A stretch of 64,000 bases of DNA from Armatimonadota bacterium (lineage in GTDB: Bacteria; Armatimonadota; UBA5829; DSUL01): contig JBDHZC010000001.1 in assembly GCA_039811685.1 (NCBI GenBank), positions 256,001 through 320,000 of the forward strand. The letters are read 5' to 3'. Below, one piece after another: positions 1 to 9,867 of the stretch (position 1 is the first letter of the stretch; each line of letters starts with the position of its first letter). A model generated the notes under the pieces. The model did no database searches. It was not told the origin of the DNA and was given only the letters and a program-made list of their open reading frames with translations. The translations under genes were made by a program, and so were the position numbers.

Positions 1-747
1 CGAGCGACTGCGGATTACAGCGTTTACTACGGACAGGGGCGTGACATCTATGATGTGCGTGGCCGAGTGGCGCATGAGAGTCTGTTCAACACCAATGACG
101 GAAACTACCGGGCGCCCAGTACACAACAAGGCTACTCTCCGTTTTCTACCTGGACGCGCGGCCTCGCGTGGGTAATGCTTGGTTTTGCCGAAGAGCTGGA
201 GTTTGTGGATACACTGAAGACAACTGACCAGCTGACTGAGGCCAGAGCCTGGATGCTGCGCGCTGCACAGGCGGCGTGCGACTTCTATATTGAACACACG
301 CCTCTTGACGGCATCCCTTACTGGGACACGGGCGCGCCGGGGTTGTCTCATGTGGGAGGCTATCTCGACAAAGTGTCCGATCCCTTCAACAGCTGGGAGC
401 CGGTGGATTCCTCTGCAGCGGCTATTGGGTGTCAGGGACTCCTGCGCCTCGGCCGGTATCTTCAGAATCAGGGAGACGCCGCGCAGGGGCGGCGGTACTG
501 GCAGGCGGGTTTGAAGACGCTGAGCTCGCTCCTGACTGAGCCTTACCTGAGCGTCGATCCCGATCACCAGGGACTGATTCTGCACTCAATTTATCACCGT
601 CCCAATGGTTGGGATCATATTCCGGAAGGCTCGTCAATCCCGCTTGGAGAATCCAGTATGTGGGGTGACTATCACGCCAGAGAGGCAGCGCTGTACATTC
701 AAAGAATCATCAACCACGAGCCCTACTATACGTTTTTCGGAAGTTGA
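1..747 (+). CDS. GH88-like unsaturated glucuronyl hydrolase (5'-truncated by window edge)
   Basis: Frame is open from base 1. Motifs 'QQGYS..STWTRGLAW', 'DGIPYWD', 'DSSAAAI' and 'SSMWGDY' are typical of GH88 (alpha/alpha)6 enzymes. Confidence 0.8.
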   Translation, partial: RATADYSVYYGQGRDIYDVRGRVAHESLFNTNDGNYRAPSTQQGYSPFSTWTRGLAWVMLGFAEELEFVDTLKTTDQLTEARAWMLRAAQAACDFYIEHTPLDGIPYWDTGAPGLSHVGGYLDKVSDPFNSWEPVDSSAAAIGCQGLLRLGRYLQNQGDAAQGRRYWQAGLKTLSSLLTEPYLSVDPDHQGLILHSIYHRPNGWDHIPEGSSIPLGESSMWGDYHAREAALYIQRIINHEPYYTFFGS

Positions 748-759
748 GAGGACAGGACC

Positions 760-1251
760 ATGGCAACAGATGCTGAGAGAGAACTTCATCGACGTCTGGC
801 GGGGGCGTTGTTCAACCAGACTCAAGAGTTGCTCGAAAGAGACGAGCGAACTCCGGAAGAAGATGAGTTGATGGTGCACTCTGCCCATGCTTCTCGCTAT
901 CACTGGAGCCAGGTGGGCGACGCACTAAACTTCGCAATTGGAGACTGGCTGCTTTCGCGGGTTTACTCTGTGCTGGATCGTCCAGAGCCAGCGCTCTGGT
1001 ACGCTGGTCTGAGTCTGGAGACCAGTGTAGAAAACGACCTTGAACCTTTTTACACCGCACATGCCTACGAATCTTTGGCGCGCGCATTTGCCATTTCCGC
1101 TGAGGTGAAAGATGCTCAGGAGGCGCTCAATGAGGCTCAGGCTCTGATGCGCCAGGTGCATGATGAAGCGGATCGAGTGTCTCTGAAAGACGACCTTGAG
1201 GAAGTGCGCCGTCTGATAGCTCTGGAATCTGGCGGTGGCTCAGATGCTTGA
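760..1251 (+). CDS. Conserved hypothetical helical protein
   Basis: 163 aa ORF with purine-rich RBS-like tract, in an operon position between GH88 and SDR. Protein-like motifs 'AHASRYHW' and 'W.LSRVY'. Confidence 0.7.
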   Translation: MATDAERELHRRLAGALFNQTQELLERDERTPEEDELMVHSAHASRYHWSQVGDALNFAIGDWLLSRVYSVLDRPEPALWYAGLSLETSVENDLEPFYTAHAYESLARAFAISAEVKDAQEALNEAQALMRQVHDEADRVSLKDDLEEVRRLIALESGGGSDA

Positions 1252-2020
1252 ACGGCGGGTGGCTTTGGTCACGGGTGGCAGCCGCGGTATCGGACTTGGG
1301 ATCGTGCGCAGTCTCCTAGAAGAAGGGCTGGCAGTTGTTCTGAGCGGTCAGAGAAGCGCACAGGACGTGCAGGGTGTCGTAGATGAGCTGAGAGAATGTT
1401 GGGAGGATGTGCTGTATGTTCAGGCGGACAACAGCAAAGTTCAGGACAGGCAGGTTCTGCTTGACACGGTAAGAAAAGCGTGGGGGCGCCTGGATGTACT
1501 TGTGAACAACGCCGGTGTGGCGCCCAGTGTACGCGCGGACATTCTGGATGCAACTGAGCAGAGCTTTGACCACCTGATCAACGTCAACCTCAAAGGGCCG
1601 TATTTTCTGACGCAGGCTGCGGCTAACTGGATGATTGAGCAGAAGAGGGCGCAGGCTGAGCGAGTCTGTTGCGTCATCAACGTGACGTCCATCTCTGCGG
1701 ACACAGCATCAGTGAATAGAGGTGACTATTGCCTCACCAAAGCCGCCCTCGCTATGTCCTCGCGGCTGTGGAGCGTGCGCCTGGCTGAGTACGGTATCAA
1801 TGTCTATGAGATTCGACCGGGGATCATAGCAACCGATATGACTTCAGGTGTCAAAGACAAATATGACGCATTGATCGAGGATGGTCTGCTGCTTCAGAGG
1901 CGTTGGGGCCTTCCTGAAGATGTCGGTAAGGCTGCAGCAGCGCTGGTGCGCGGAGATTTTGCCTACTCGACAGGGCAGGTGATCATGGTGGACGGCGGAT
2001 TTTCAATATCGCGGTTGTAG
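1244..2020 (+). CDS. Short-chain dehydrogenase/reductase (3-ketoacyl-ACP-reductase-like, probably sugar-acid)
   Basis: TGGSRGIG, NNAG, YCLTK (YxxxK) and PG.IATDMT motifs. Confidence 0.9.
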   Translation: MLERRVALVTGGSRGIGLGIVRSLLEEGLAVVLSGQRSAQDVQGVVDELRECWEDVLYVQADNSKVQDRQVLLDTVRKAWGRLDVLVNNAGVAPSVRADILDATEQSFDHLINVNLKGPYFLTQAAANWMIEQKRAQAERVCCVINVTSISADTASVNRGDYCLTKAALAMSSRLWSVRLAEYGINVYEIRPGIIATDMTSGVKDKYDALIEDGLLLQRRWGLPEDVGKAAAALVRGDFAYSTGQVIMVDGGFSISRL

Positions 2021-2114
2021 AAAACCGTCTGTTCCGAGCCCACCGCTTCAATATCGCCAACTGAAAAGCCTTTTCGACCTGCGCTGCCTCAGTCGTCAGT
2101 ACGACTCCCGCAGG

Positions 2115-3146
2115 CTATCTCTGAACGCGACCGGAGGCATCGCCGCCCATGAGTTTTGTCACCTCTGAGGTCGAAATGCGATTGTAGTCACCGATTATCG
2201 AGTGTTTCAGACAGCTTGCCGCCACCGCGAAGTTCAGCGCGTCTTCCTTGTTGTCACAGGTCTGCAGTCCGTAGATGAGCCCGGCCGCGAAGGAATCCCC
2301 GCCTCCGACCCGATCAACGATGTCTGTGATCTCGTATTTACGGCTCAAATAGAACGAGTTCCTGTCGTGGAGGCAGGCGGACCAGCCGTTGACGTCCGCG
2401 CTGCGAGATTCGCGCAGCGTGATAGCCATGATCTTGAGGTTTGGAAAAGCATCAAGCACTTTCTTTGCCAGCGCATCATACTGAGTGGCGTCAATGTGGC
2501 CACTGGTGACATCAGAGTCCATAGTGATACCAAGAGATTTCTGACAGTCCTCTTCGTTTGCGATTCCTACGTCCACGAACTTGACCAGCTCTGTCATCAC
2601 TTCAGGTGCGCTCTTGCCCCACTTCCAGAGTTTGCCACGATAATTGAAATCGCAGGAGACTGTCACGCCCATCTCTCGCGCCGCGCGCACAGCGTTCATA
2701 GAAATATCCGCAGTGCTTTGCGTCAGGGCGGGCGTAATACCGGTGATGTGAAACCAGTCCGCTCCCCTCAGGATGGCTGTCCAATCGAAATCTTGAGAGC
2801 TGGCCTGGGCGATGCTTGAATGCGCTCTATCGTAAACAACGACTGAAGGGCGCTGGTTGGCCCCGGTCTCCAGATAATAGATTCCGATTCTGTCACCCTG
2901 TCTGAGGATTGAGGATGTATCCACGCCGAAGCCCCTTAGTTCGCGGATACAAGCTTCGGCGATGGCATTCTTTGGAAGTGCTGTGACAAACGCGGCATCC
3001 ATTCCGAAGTTCGCGAGAGACACGGCGACGTTGGCTTCTCCGCCGCCAAAAGTCGCCTCCAGCTCTGGAGACTGGAACAAACGCTCCAGACCCGGAGATT
3101 TCAGCCTCAACATAACCTCGCCAAAAGTCACAACACGCTGAGACAT
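2115..3146 (-). CDS. kdgK: 2-dehydro-3-deoxygluconokinase (PfkB family)
   Basis: '[11 protein letters not shown]', 'GGGEANVA', 'DFNYR.KLW' and 'DRVGGGDSF'; adjacent to eda. Confidence 0.9.
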   Translation of the reverse strand: MSQRVVTFGEVMLRLKSPGLERLFQSPELEATFGGGEANVAVSLANFGMDAAFVTALPKNAIAEACIRELRGFGVDTSSILRQGDRIGIYYLETGANQRPSVVVYDRAHSSIAQASSQDFDWTAILRGADWFHITGITPALTQSTADISMNAVRAAREMGVTVSCDFNYRGKLWKWGKSAPEVMTELVKFVDVGIANEEDCQKSLGITMDSDVTSGHIDATQYDALAKKVLDAFPNLKIMAITLRESRSADVNGWSACLHDRNSFYLSRKYEITDIVDRVGGGDSFAAGLIYGLQTCDNKEDALNFAVAASCLKHSIIGDYNRISTSEVTKLMGGDASGRVQR

Positions 3147-3147
3147 T

Positions 3148-3849
3148 CTAACCCTTCACCGCCTTTTCCATATCCCGAAATTCCCGAACGAACTCTACGC
3201 ATCTGCGGCTGGCACTGACAATAAGACTGTAGTCTCCAGAGCGGATGATGTCGGGCTTCACCATCCACGTGCCGCCGCAAGCCAGCACCTTTTCAAATCC
3301 CAGGTACTCACGGATGTTGTGTGGATCAATCCCGCCAGTTGGTATAAAGCGCAGCATCCCAAACGGCGCCGCAAGCGCTCTCAGCGTTTTCAGCCCACCG
3401 ATTGCTTCTGCCGGGAAGAACTTTACCACACCGAGCCCGTGCTCCACAGCCTTTGTCATGTCCGTTGCTGTGCTGCAACCCGGCGCGATTGTCACGCTTG
3501 AGTCCAGACAATACTCAACTACGCGTGAGTTAAAACCGGGAGTCACGATGAAACGCGCTCCCGCTTCGAGAGCCTCCTGGGCGTGTTCCACAGTCAAAAC
3601 GGTTCCAGCGCCTACTGTCATCTCCGGAATTTGTCTGCTGATTCGTCGAATAGAATCTGCGGCGCTTGCCGTCCGGAAAGTGATCTCCGCTACATTGAGG
3701 CCGCCTTCCATCAGTGCGTTGCAGACCGGCACGGCGCTGCTCGCATCATCAAGCACAACAACCGGGATTACTCCGACACGAGCAAAGACTGCAAATATAT
3801 CATCCACGTCGATTTTCCTTGGTAATTCCATTAGACCTTGAGCGCGCAT
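3148..3849 (-). CDS. eda: KDPG/KHG aldolase
   Basis: 'EITFRT', 'VGAGTVL', 'KFFPAE..GG' and 'FIPTGGI'. The start could be 3831. Confidence 0.92.
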   Translation of the reverse strand: MRAQGLMELPRKIDVDDIFAVFARVGVIPVVVLDDASSAVPVCNALMEGGLNVAEITFRTASAADSIRRISRQIPEMTVGAGTVLTVEHAQEALEAGARFIVTPGFNSRVVEYCLDSSVTIAPGCSTATDMTKAVEHGLGVVKFFPAEAIGGLKTLRALAAPFGMLRFIPTGGIDPHNIREYLGFEKVLACGGTWMVKPDIIRSGDYSLIVSASRRCVEFVREFRDMEKAVKG

Positions 3850-4259
3850 TCCCCTGTGTGATTTCGTTCGTTACTCGTGTAACCTCGCACTGCTGACCAC
3901 GTCCTCAAGAGCTTTTGTGTGAAACTCTCGGCGACACGCTAAGCAGCAGCCGATGGTGGCCGTCTACAAGCGCTTCTCCGGCAGCCATCACGTTTCCTGT
4001 CGCGTTCAGGTCGTCCGATGAATTTCTAGCAACTGTACCAGATGACTTTCGCGCAAATGTATGAGAAGATTAGTCTAGTAGCTAGAGCGTCATCGTCCGG
4101 ATATGAGATGTCTTTCGATGACTGCCACTCGATTTGCCGAGAGTAAACCGTGCGCCGGAGATGTCAACGAGCGGACCTGGCGTGCGGGCAAAGCGGCTTT
4201 CTCACGCTCTCTCGGATGCTGACAGTGAGAAAAGGGTTCTTTTGGTTTCCACTCTTACT

Positions 4260-4297
4260 TGCCAGAGAGGCGCTTGCGCCCCTCTGGCATTCTTTTT
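4260..4297 (+). terminator. Intrinsic terminator-like hairpin with no upstream CDS on this strand
   Basis: TGCCAGAG-AGGCGC-TT-GCGCC-CCTCTGGCA followed by TTCTTTTT. Confidence 0.6.
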
Positions 4298-4495
4298 GAC
4301 TGCCTCCAGCAATCCGTTGAATGCGCCGATACTACATCAAGACCGCCCAGCATCGCGAGCGCGAGCCCACCTGTGGCGGCTCAGGTCGCACACGGCTATC
4401 CTGAATTCAGGAAGTTCACTGGAGGAGAGGGAAGCCGACGCCTGACTTCTGCGTGCAAGCGGGCAGAAAAATAGTCTGACAGGAGTTGAAGGCTG

Positions 4496-4873
4496 GTGTC
4501 CTCTGACAATCGAGATCTTAGAGAAGGTATTCGTCTGGTTAGAAGTGGGCAGGTTTCGGAGGCTCTCTGGCACCTTCGTATGGCGATAGTAAATGAGCCC
4601 GGGAACCCTGTCGCTCATGAGTACCTCGGTGCGGCATTTGCCTATGAGCAGGACACGGAATCGGCGATCCTGGAGATGCAGGAAGCCGTACGATTGAATC
4701 CGCGCAACGCTGCTTACCGCTACAACCTCGGTCAGATCCTGGAGATCGCCGGTCGAGTAGCTGAAGCGCGTTTGGAGTACGAGACCGCGCTTCGCCTCAG
4801 CCCCACTTATGCGCGGGCTTTAACAGCGTTCCAAAGAGTCTCCAAACACATTGAGCCAGCAACCTCAAGCTAG
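4496..4873 (+). CDS. TPR-repeat protein
   Basis: TPR pattern 'AHEYLGAAF', 'AVRLNPRNAAYRYNLG', 'ALRLSP'; AGGAG RBS upstream. Confidence 0.8.
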   Translation: MSSDNRDLREGIRLVRSGQVSEALWHLRMAIVNEPGNPVAHEYLGAAFAYEQDTESAILEMQEAVRLNPRNAAYRYNLGQILEIAGRVAEARLEYETALRLSPTYARALTAFQRVSKHIEPATSS

Positions 4874-5007
4874 TCACTCGCACGTCTGAAAATTGACGCA
4901 ACTTCTCACACATGTTAGCATCTTCGCGGAGTTCTGCCGCGGAGTGTTATGGGGCAGGGCATGTTGTTGCGCTTTGCGCATGCCAGAGGAAAGTGGGGCG
5001 TCAGAAA

Positions 5008-6366
5008 TTGGCGAAGCCGGTTGTCGCAATCGTGGGCCGACCCAATGTCGGTAAATCCACACTTTTCAACCGCCTCATTGGCCGCCGCGTCGCTATTGTC
5101 GAGGATACTCCCGGCGTTACGCGCGACCGCATCTACGCGGAGGCATCCTGGCGCGGACGGGACTTCGTACTGACCGACACCGGCGGCATCCTCTGGGGCG
5201 ATCAGGACCCGATCCGCGAGAGGATACTGGATCAGGCACAGGTAGCCATGGAAGAGGCTGACGTCATCATTATGGTGGCGGATGTACGCGATGGGCTCAC
5301 AGGCGCTGATCACGACATCGCGGAGTTCCTGCGCCGCGCCAAACGCCCCGTTCTGGTGGCGGCCAATAAGGCTGACGACGAGAATTGGAGCCATGCCGCT
5401 GCGGAGTTTCATGCGATGGGCTTCGACGAAATGTTCGCAATTTCAGCTCATCACGGGCACGGAATTGCTGACCTTTTGGATGCTGTGGCTGCTCGCCTTC
5501 CTGATGCTACCGACGAACCCCAGTACGATGACTCCACTGTGCGCCTTGCTGTGGTAGGGCGTCCCAATGTTGGCAAGTCCTCTCTCATTAACGCTATTCT
5601 TGGAGAGGAGCGAGTGATCGTCTCCGACGTGGCGGGCACCACGCGCGATGCCATTGACACCCCTTTCACCTGGCGCGATCGGAATCTGGTATTTGTCGAT
5701 ACCGCGGGGATTCGCCGCTCCGGAAAAGTGCAGGGTTCCATTGAGTACTACAGCGTTCTGCGAGCGATGCGCGCTATGGAGAGGGCAGACGTAGCGCTTC
5801 TGGTAGTTGACGGGGTCTCAGGTTTACTGGACGGTGACAAGCGTGTCGGCGGCTACGCAAAAGACGCGAATTGCGCCTGCGTTGTTGTTGTAAACAAATG
5901 GGATATCGCGCCTGATCGAGCTCCCCGCGCTCGAAGGGCCCTGGAACACGAAATCCGGCTGCAGATGCCGTTTTTGGACTATGCCCCGATTGCCTTCATT
6001 TCCGCGCTCAGAGGAACAGGACTTGATGCGGTCATTGATGCGAGCATGGTGTCCTACGACAACTACAACCGCCGCATCCAGACAGGAGAGTTGAACCGCC
6101 TCTTGCACGAATGGACGGACGCGCGGCCGTATTCACGCAAAGGGCGAGAGTTGAAGGTGTACTATGGTACGATGAGCCGCGTAAGGCCACCGACTATCAC
6201 TTTGTTTGTGAACGATCCGCAGCTTTTTCATTTTTCTTATCGTCGCTATCTTCTCAACCGCTTTCGGGCGCAATTCGGGTTTGCCGGAACTCCACTGATT
6301 CTGAACGTACGCAAGGCGGAAGGTGAGCGAGGCAAACCCAGAAAAAACAGGACAAATGCCGAGTGA
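5008..6366 (+). CDS. der: Ribosome biogenesis GTPase Der (EngA)
   Basis: Two tandem G-domains (GRPNVGKS twice, DTGG/DTAG, NKAD/NKWD) plus KH-like C-terminus. TTG start at 'LAKPVVAIVG'. Confidence 0.96.
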   Translation: MAKPVVAIVGRPNVGKSTLFNRLIGRRVAIVEDTPGVTRDRIYAEASWRGRDFVLTDTGGILWGDQDPIRERILDQAQVAMEEADVIIMVADVRDGLTGADHDIAEFLRRAKRPVLVAANKADDENWSHAAAEFHAMGFDEMFAISAHHGHGIADLLDAVAARLPDATDEPQYDDSTVRLAVVGRPNVGKSSLINAILGEERVIVSDVAGTTRDAIDTPFTWRDRNLVFVDTAGIRRSGKVQGSIEYYSVLRAMRAMERADVALLVVDGVSGLLDGDKRVGGYAKDANCACVVVVNKWDIAPDRAPRARRALEHEIRLQMPFLDYAPIAFISALRGTGLDAVIDASMVSYDNYNRRIQTGELNRLLHEWTDARPYSRKGRELKVYYGTMSRVRPPTITLFVNDPQLFHFSYRRYLLNRFRAQFGFAGTPLILNVRKAEGERGKPRKNRTNAE

Positions 6367-7135
6367 ACTGATTGCCGAAATCCTGTTGGGAGCCTATCTC
6401 TTTGCCTCCATTCCGTTTGGTCTGCTGGTCGGATTCCTGTGGAAGCGGGTGGATATTCGCCAGTTCGGAAGTGGAAATATTGGAGCCAGCAATGTTCTGA
6501 GACTGCTCGGATGGCCAGCGGCGCTCGTCGTGCTCATGCTGGATACAGCTAAGGGCTTTGCTCCGGTCTGGTTTGCCATTGCCCTCACGGACAACAACCC
6601 GCTGATGGCAGTTGGCGCAGGATTGGCGGCGATATTGGGTCACAATTTCTCGCTGTTTTTGAAGTTCAAAGGCGGGAAGGGTGTGGCCACAAGTCTGGGC
6701 GTGCTGATTGGGCTGTCGCCCGAAATCGCTGTCATTGCTCTGTTCATCTGGATTCTCGTGGTCAGCGTTACCCGGTTCATCTCAGTAGCATCCATTGCGA
6801 CGGGTATCAGCGTCCCGATTCTTATGTGGTTATCAGCCCGGGCTCACACTATTCATTTGTCCCGTCCGATGGCGCCAGAGTATATTTACCTCGGGTTGCT
6901 TGGCGCAGGCTTTATTCTCCTCAAGCATCGCTCAAATCTGGTGCGCTTGGTGAACGGGACGGAGCCGCGTATCGGTCAAAAGATCCATTCGAAGTGTCCA
7001 AGTGTCCACCTGGATGCCGGAGCGCGCAAATCCTCTGAGAGCGCGCAAGATTCTACGCCAGAGCCTGGCGCAAATCCTCAACCAGATCTTCAGCGTCCTC
7101 CAGACCCACGGAAAGCCGACAGACGCCCTGAGTAA
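6356..7135 (+). CDS. plsY: Glycerol-3-phosphate acyltransferase PlsY
   Basis: 'DIRQFGSGNIGASNVLR', 'GHNFS.FLKFKGGKGVAT' and 'KHRSNL.RL..GTE'; usual der-plsY synteny. Confidence 0.93.
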   Translation: MPSELIAEILLGAYLFASIPFGLLVGFLWKRVDIRQFGSGNIGASNVLRLLGWPAALVVLMLDTAKGFAPVWFAIALTDNNPLMAVGAGLAAILGHNFSLFLKFKGGKGVATSLGVLIGLSPEIAVIALFIWILVVSVTRFISVASIATGISVPILMWLSARAHTIHLSRPMAPEYIYLGLLGAGFILLKHRSNLVRLVNGTEPRIGQKIHSKCPSVHLDAGARKSSESAQDSTPEPGANPQPDLQRPPDPRKADRRPE

Positions 7136-8195
7136 TCCCCTGTTCCTCCTGCTCTTCGCGCGACAGGGGCGCATGAGTCATTGTCGCAGAATGTGAAATC
7201 AAGGACTCAACGCCACCGAGACTTTCGGCAAGAGACCAGACCTTCAAGCGAGAAGTGAACTCTGTCACAGCTTCCAGTCCACCCTCAAAATCCGCTGAGA
7301 CCATTCCGGAAAAGCCCGTCATCTGACGCTTTGCCACCTCATGCTGAGGGTGAGAGGGCAACCCGCAGTACATTACCCACTGCACTCGTGGATGCGATTC
7401 CAGAAAGCGCGCGACGGCCATAGCGTTCTCCTGGTGTGCTTGCATGCGCAGGCCAAGGGTTCTGACTCCTCTCAGAGTAAGCCAGTTGTCAAAGGGACTG
7501 GGCGTGGGACCCGTCGCGTTCTGAAAGTAGAAGAAGGCGTCGTGCAGGTCCTGGCGGTTTGTCATCAGCGCGCCACCCAGCACATCCAGATGTCCCGAGA
7601 TATATTTCGTTGTACTGTGAAGCACCACGTCCGCGCCGAGGCTGAGCGGTTGCTGGCAATACGGGCTGGCCATTGTCGAGTCCACCGCGACAAAAGGGCT
7701 GCCCGGGTGAGCATGAGCAATCTCAGCGATAGCGCGGATATCTGAGATTGTGCCCAACGGATTGCCGGGAGTCTCCACCCAGATCATTCGGGTATTGCCT
7801 CTGAGCGCCCGCTGAATGTTGAGTGCGTCTTCGGTATTCACGAATGTAATCTCTATCCCGTAGTCCGAGAGGATTTTGCTGAAGTACCTGTATGTGCCGG
7901 CATACACGTGATGGGAGGCTATCGCGTGGTCGCCGGGCTTCAGAGTACTGGCGACTGCAGTGGCTGCCGCCATACCGCTGGAGTAGCAGACACAGTGCGT
8001 TGCGCCTTCCAACTCTGCAAGACACTCTTCAAGCGCTCTTCTCGTCGGATTGATGGAGCGCAGGTAGTCGAAGCCTCGATGGGCGCCGGGCTCGTCCATC
8101 ACGTGGGTCACATTCTGGTAAATAGGCGGTACCACAGCGCCTGTTCTGGCGTCCGGGTCCTGGCCGGCATGGATTGCTCTGGTCTGAAATTTCAT
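7053..8195 (-). CDS. Cystathionine gamma-synthase/lyase (PLP-dependent trans-sulfuration family)
   Basis: 'TGAVVPPIYQ', 'SSGMAA', 'ETPGNP', 'HSTTKYISGH.D' and 'AESLGGVESL'. Confidence 0.9.
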   Translation of the reverse strand: MKFQTRAIHAGQDPDARTGAVVPPIYQNVTHVMDEPGAHRGFDYLRSINPTRRALEECLAELEGATHCVCYSSGMAAATAVASTLKPGDHAIASHHVYAGTYRYFSKILSDYGIEITFVNTEDALNIQRALRGNTRMIWVETPGNPLGTISDIRAIAEIAHAHPGSPFVAVDSTMASPYCQQPLSLGADVVLHSTTKYISGHLDVLGGALMTNRQDLHDAFFYFQNATGPTPSPFDNWLTLRGVRTLGLRMQAHQENAMAVARFLESHPRVQWVMYCGLPSHPQHEVAKRQMTGFSGMVSADFEGGLEAVTEFTSRLKVWSLAESLGGVESLISHSATMTHAPLSREEQEEQGITQGVCRLSVGLEDAEDLVEDLRQALA

Positions 8196-8305
8196 GACGA
8201 GTGGACTATCTCCGCAAGGTTGGCCACATTGATGAGGCTATGCTGTAACAGGCAGCAACTCACAGGGATTATCACACAATTGCCTTTTCACGCAAGGCTC
8301 TGTGG

Positions 8306-9103
8306 TCAGCGATGAAGAGAAGACGGCGGCAGAAAGCGCCACTGGGTATCGAAGACTTTCGGATACGCCAGGAGAACCGAGACGATCGCTCCAATGGCGG
8401 TAGAGGCTGACAGCATCAACATTACGACGATCTGGTAGCGGGCTGCCATGGACGGATCCGCTCCGGCCAGAATCTGGCCGGTCATCATTCCGGGAATACT
8501 GACAATGCCCACTGCGTTCATCGCGTTTATCGTTGGTATAAGCCCTGCGCCAAGCGCGGCCCTGATGCTGGTGCGTGAAGCTTCCCAGGGAGTGGCGCCC
8601 AGTGCCAGGAGCATCCAGACTTCTTCGGCTCTCTGTGTGAGATCGCCAAACAACCTCTCCAGAGTGAGCGCCACTCCCGTCATCGAGTTTCCGAGAATCA
8701 TCCCCGCGATTGGCAGAATGTACTGCGCCTGATACCACGGGCGAACATGGATGATCAACTGTGTCACAGCCAGAGTCACTGTCAGACCACTGAGGAGCAT
8801 GCTCACCAGTGAAGGTCCAAACAGAGAGCCAGGCCCGCTTCTGACCCTTCCAAGAAGAATGCGGGAGGCCGAGACCGTCATCAGCAAAAACAGTCCCCAG
8901 ACAACAAGTGCGGATTGGTTTCGAAAGACCCAGGTCAAGACCACACCCAGGGCAATGAGTTGCAGATACGTGCGTATCGAGCCCATCAACAGTGAGCGTC
9001 CCAGCCCGAGCGACAGCACGCATGAAAGAAGACCAGCAACGCTGACAAAGGCAGCAGAGAGCAGCAGATCGAAATAGCTGATTGGCAGGGCGCTGGAGTT
9101 CAC
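8306..9103 (-). CDS. fetB: ABC transporter permease, UPF0014 (FetB/YbbM-like)
   Basis: 'R..LQL', 'LPIAGMILGNSM' and 'GIVSIPGMMTGQILAG.DP..AARYQIVVM'. Confidence 0.85.
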   Translation of the reverse strand: MNSSALPISYFDLLLSAAFVSVAGLLSCVLSLGLGRSLLMGSIRTYLQLIALGVVLTWVFRNQSALVVWGLFLLMTVSASRILLGRVRSGPGSLFGPSLVSMLLSGLTVTLAVTQLIIHVRPWYQAQYILPIAGMILGNSMTGVALTLERLFGDLTQRAEEVWMLLALGATPWEASRTSIRAALGAGLIPTINAMNAVGIVSIPGMMTGQILAGADPSMAARYQIVVMLMLSASTAIGAIVSVLLAYPKVFDTQWRFLPPSSLHR

Positions 9104-9774
9104 TGGATTTCATCCAGTCTGCCTTCAGACAGTCTGAAGTTGCGGAAGCCTTCCAGACTTTCCTGACCGTGGCGGACGATCACCGCACAGTGCCCTTCGT
9201 CAGCAAATCTCCGTATTCGCGCAAGCAACTTTTGAGTGCTCTCGTGATCCAGGTTGGACGCCGGCTCGTCGCAAAGTAGGCACTCTGGCTTTGTCAAGAG
9301 TGTCCGCACGAAGGCGACTTTCTGTGCTTCTCCGCCTGAAAGCTCCGCAACTGAGCGATCCAGAGGAATCCTCTCGAGACCCAATGTGTCCAGCTCTACG
9401 CGTACAGTATCGGGCGACGGGACTTCGCCTCCATGTCTTCGATAGGTTTGGAGCGAATGAGGGAGCAGAACATTGTCAAGAACTGTTCCTGACACAAGAA
9501 CCGTTGTTTGTGGCATAAGAACCACGCTTCTGCGCCACATCGCAGGGGACACTGTGCGTTGCGCTTGCCCTCGCAGATAAACTTCTCCGCTCTCCAGGGC
9601 TGTGAGTTTGGCCAGACACCAGAGTAGGGTGGACTTGCCTGACCCACTCGGCCCAGAGATGGCTGCCACTTCTCCCGGAAGAATACTGAAGTTGACAGCG
9701 TTCAACACGCTCGCCTGCGCGGTGGCGTGACGGGCTGTGACTGAGTCGGCGGAGAGAATGGCTGGCTCGCTCAT
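9100..9774 (-). CDS. ABC transporter ATP-binding protein (FetA/YbbL-like)
   Basis: Walker A GPSGSGKST, LSGGE and LLCDEP; 4-bp overlap with the permease. Confidence 0.85.
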   Translation of the reverse strand: MSEPAILSADSVTARHATAQASVLNAVNFSILPGEVAAISGPSGSGKSTLLWCLAKLTALESGEVYLRGQAQRTVSPAMWRRSVVLMPQTTVLVSGTVLDNVLLPHSLQTYRRHGGEVPSPDTVRVELDTLGLERIPLDRSVAELSGGEAQKVAFVRTLLTKPECLLCDEPASNLDHESTQKLLARIRRFADEGHCAVIVRHGQESLEGFRNFRLSEGRLDEIQ

Positions 9775-9831
9775 TTGTGATTTGTTCGCCGTGTCAGCTC
9801 TGACTCCTGCAGGGGCCCTCCAGCGCGCGCA

Positions 9832-9861
9832 TTGAAGGCCGACAGAAGTGACGGCTATAAT
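9832..9861 (+). promoter_or_regulatory. Sigma70-type promoter of surE (probably leaderless transcript)
   Basis: TTGAAG-N18-TATAAT ending 6 nt before the GTG start, with no SD. Confidence 0.55.
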
Positions 9862-9867
9862 CGCCCT

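Noticed and set aside
3948..3992. Fluoride riboswitch-like 'CGATGGTG' start
   Set aside because: The remaining consensus and gene context are missing; it is a simple hairpin.
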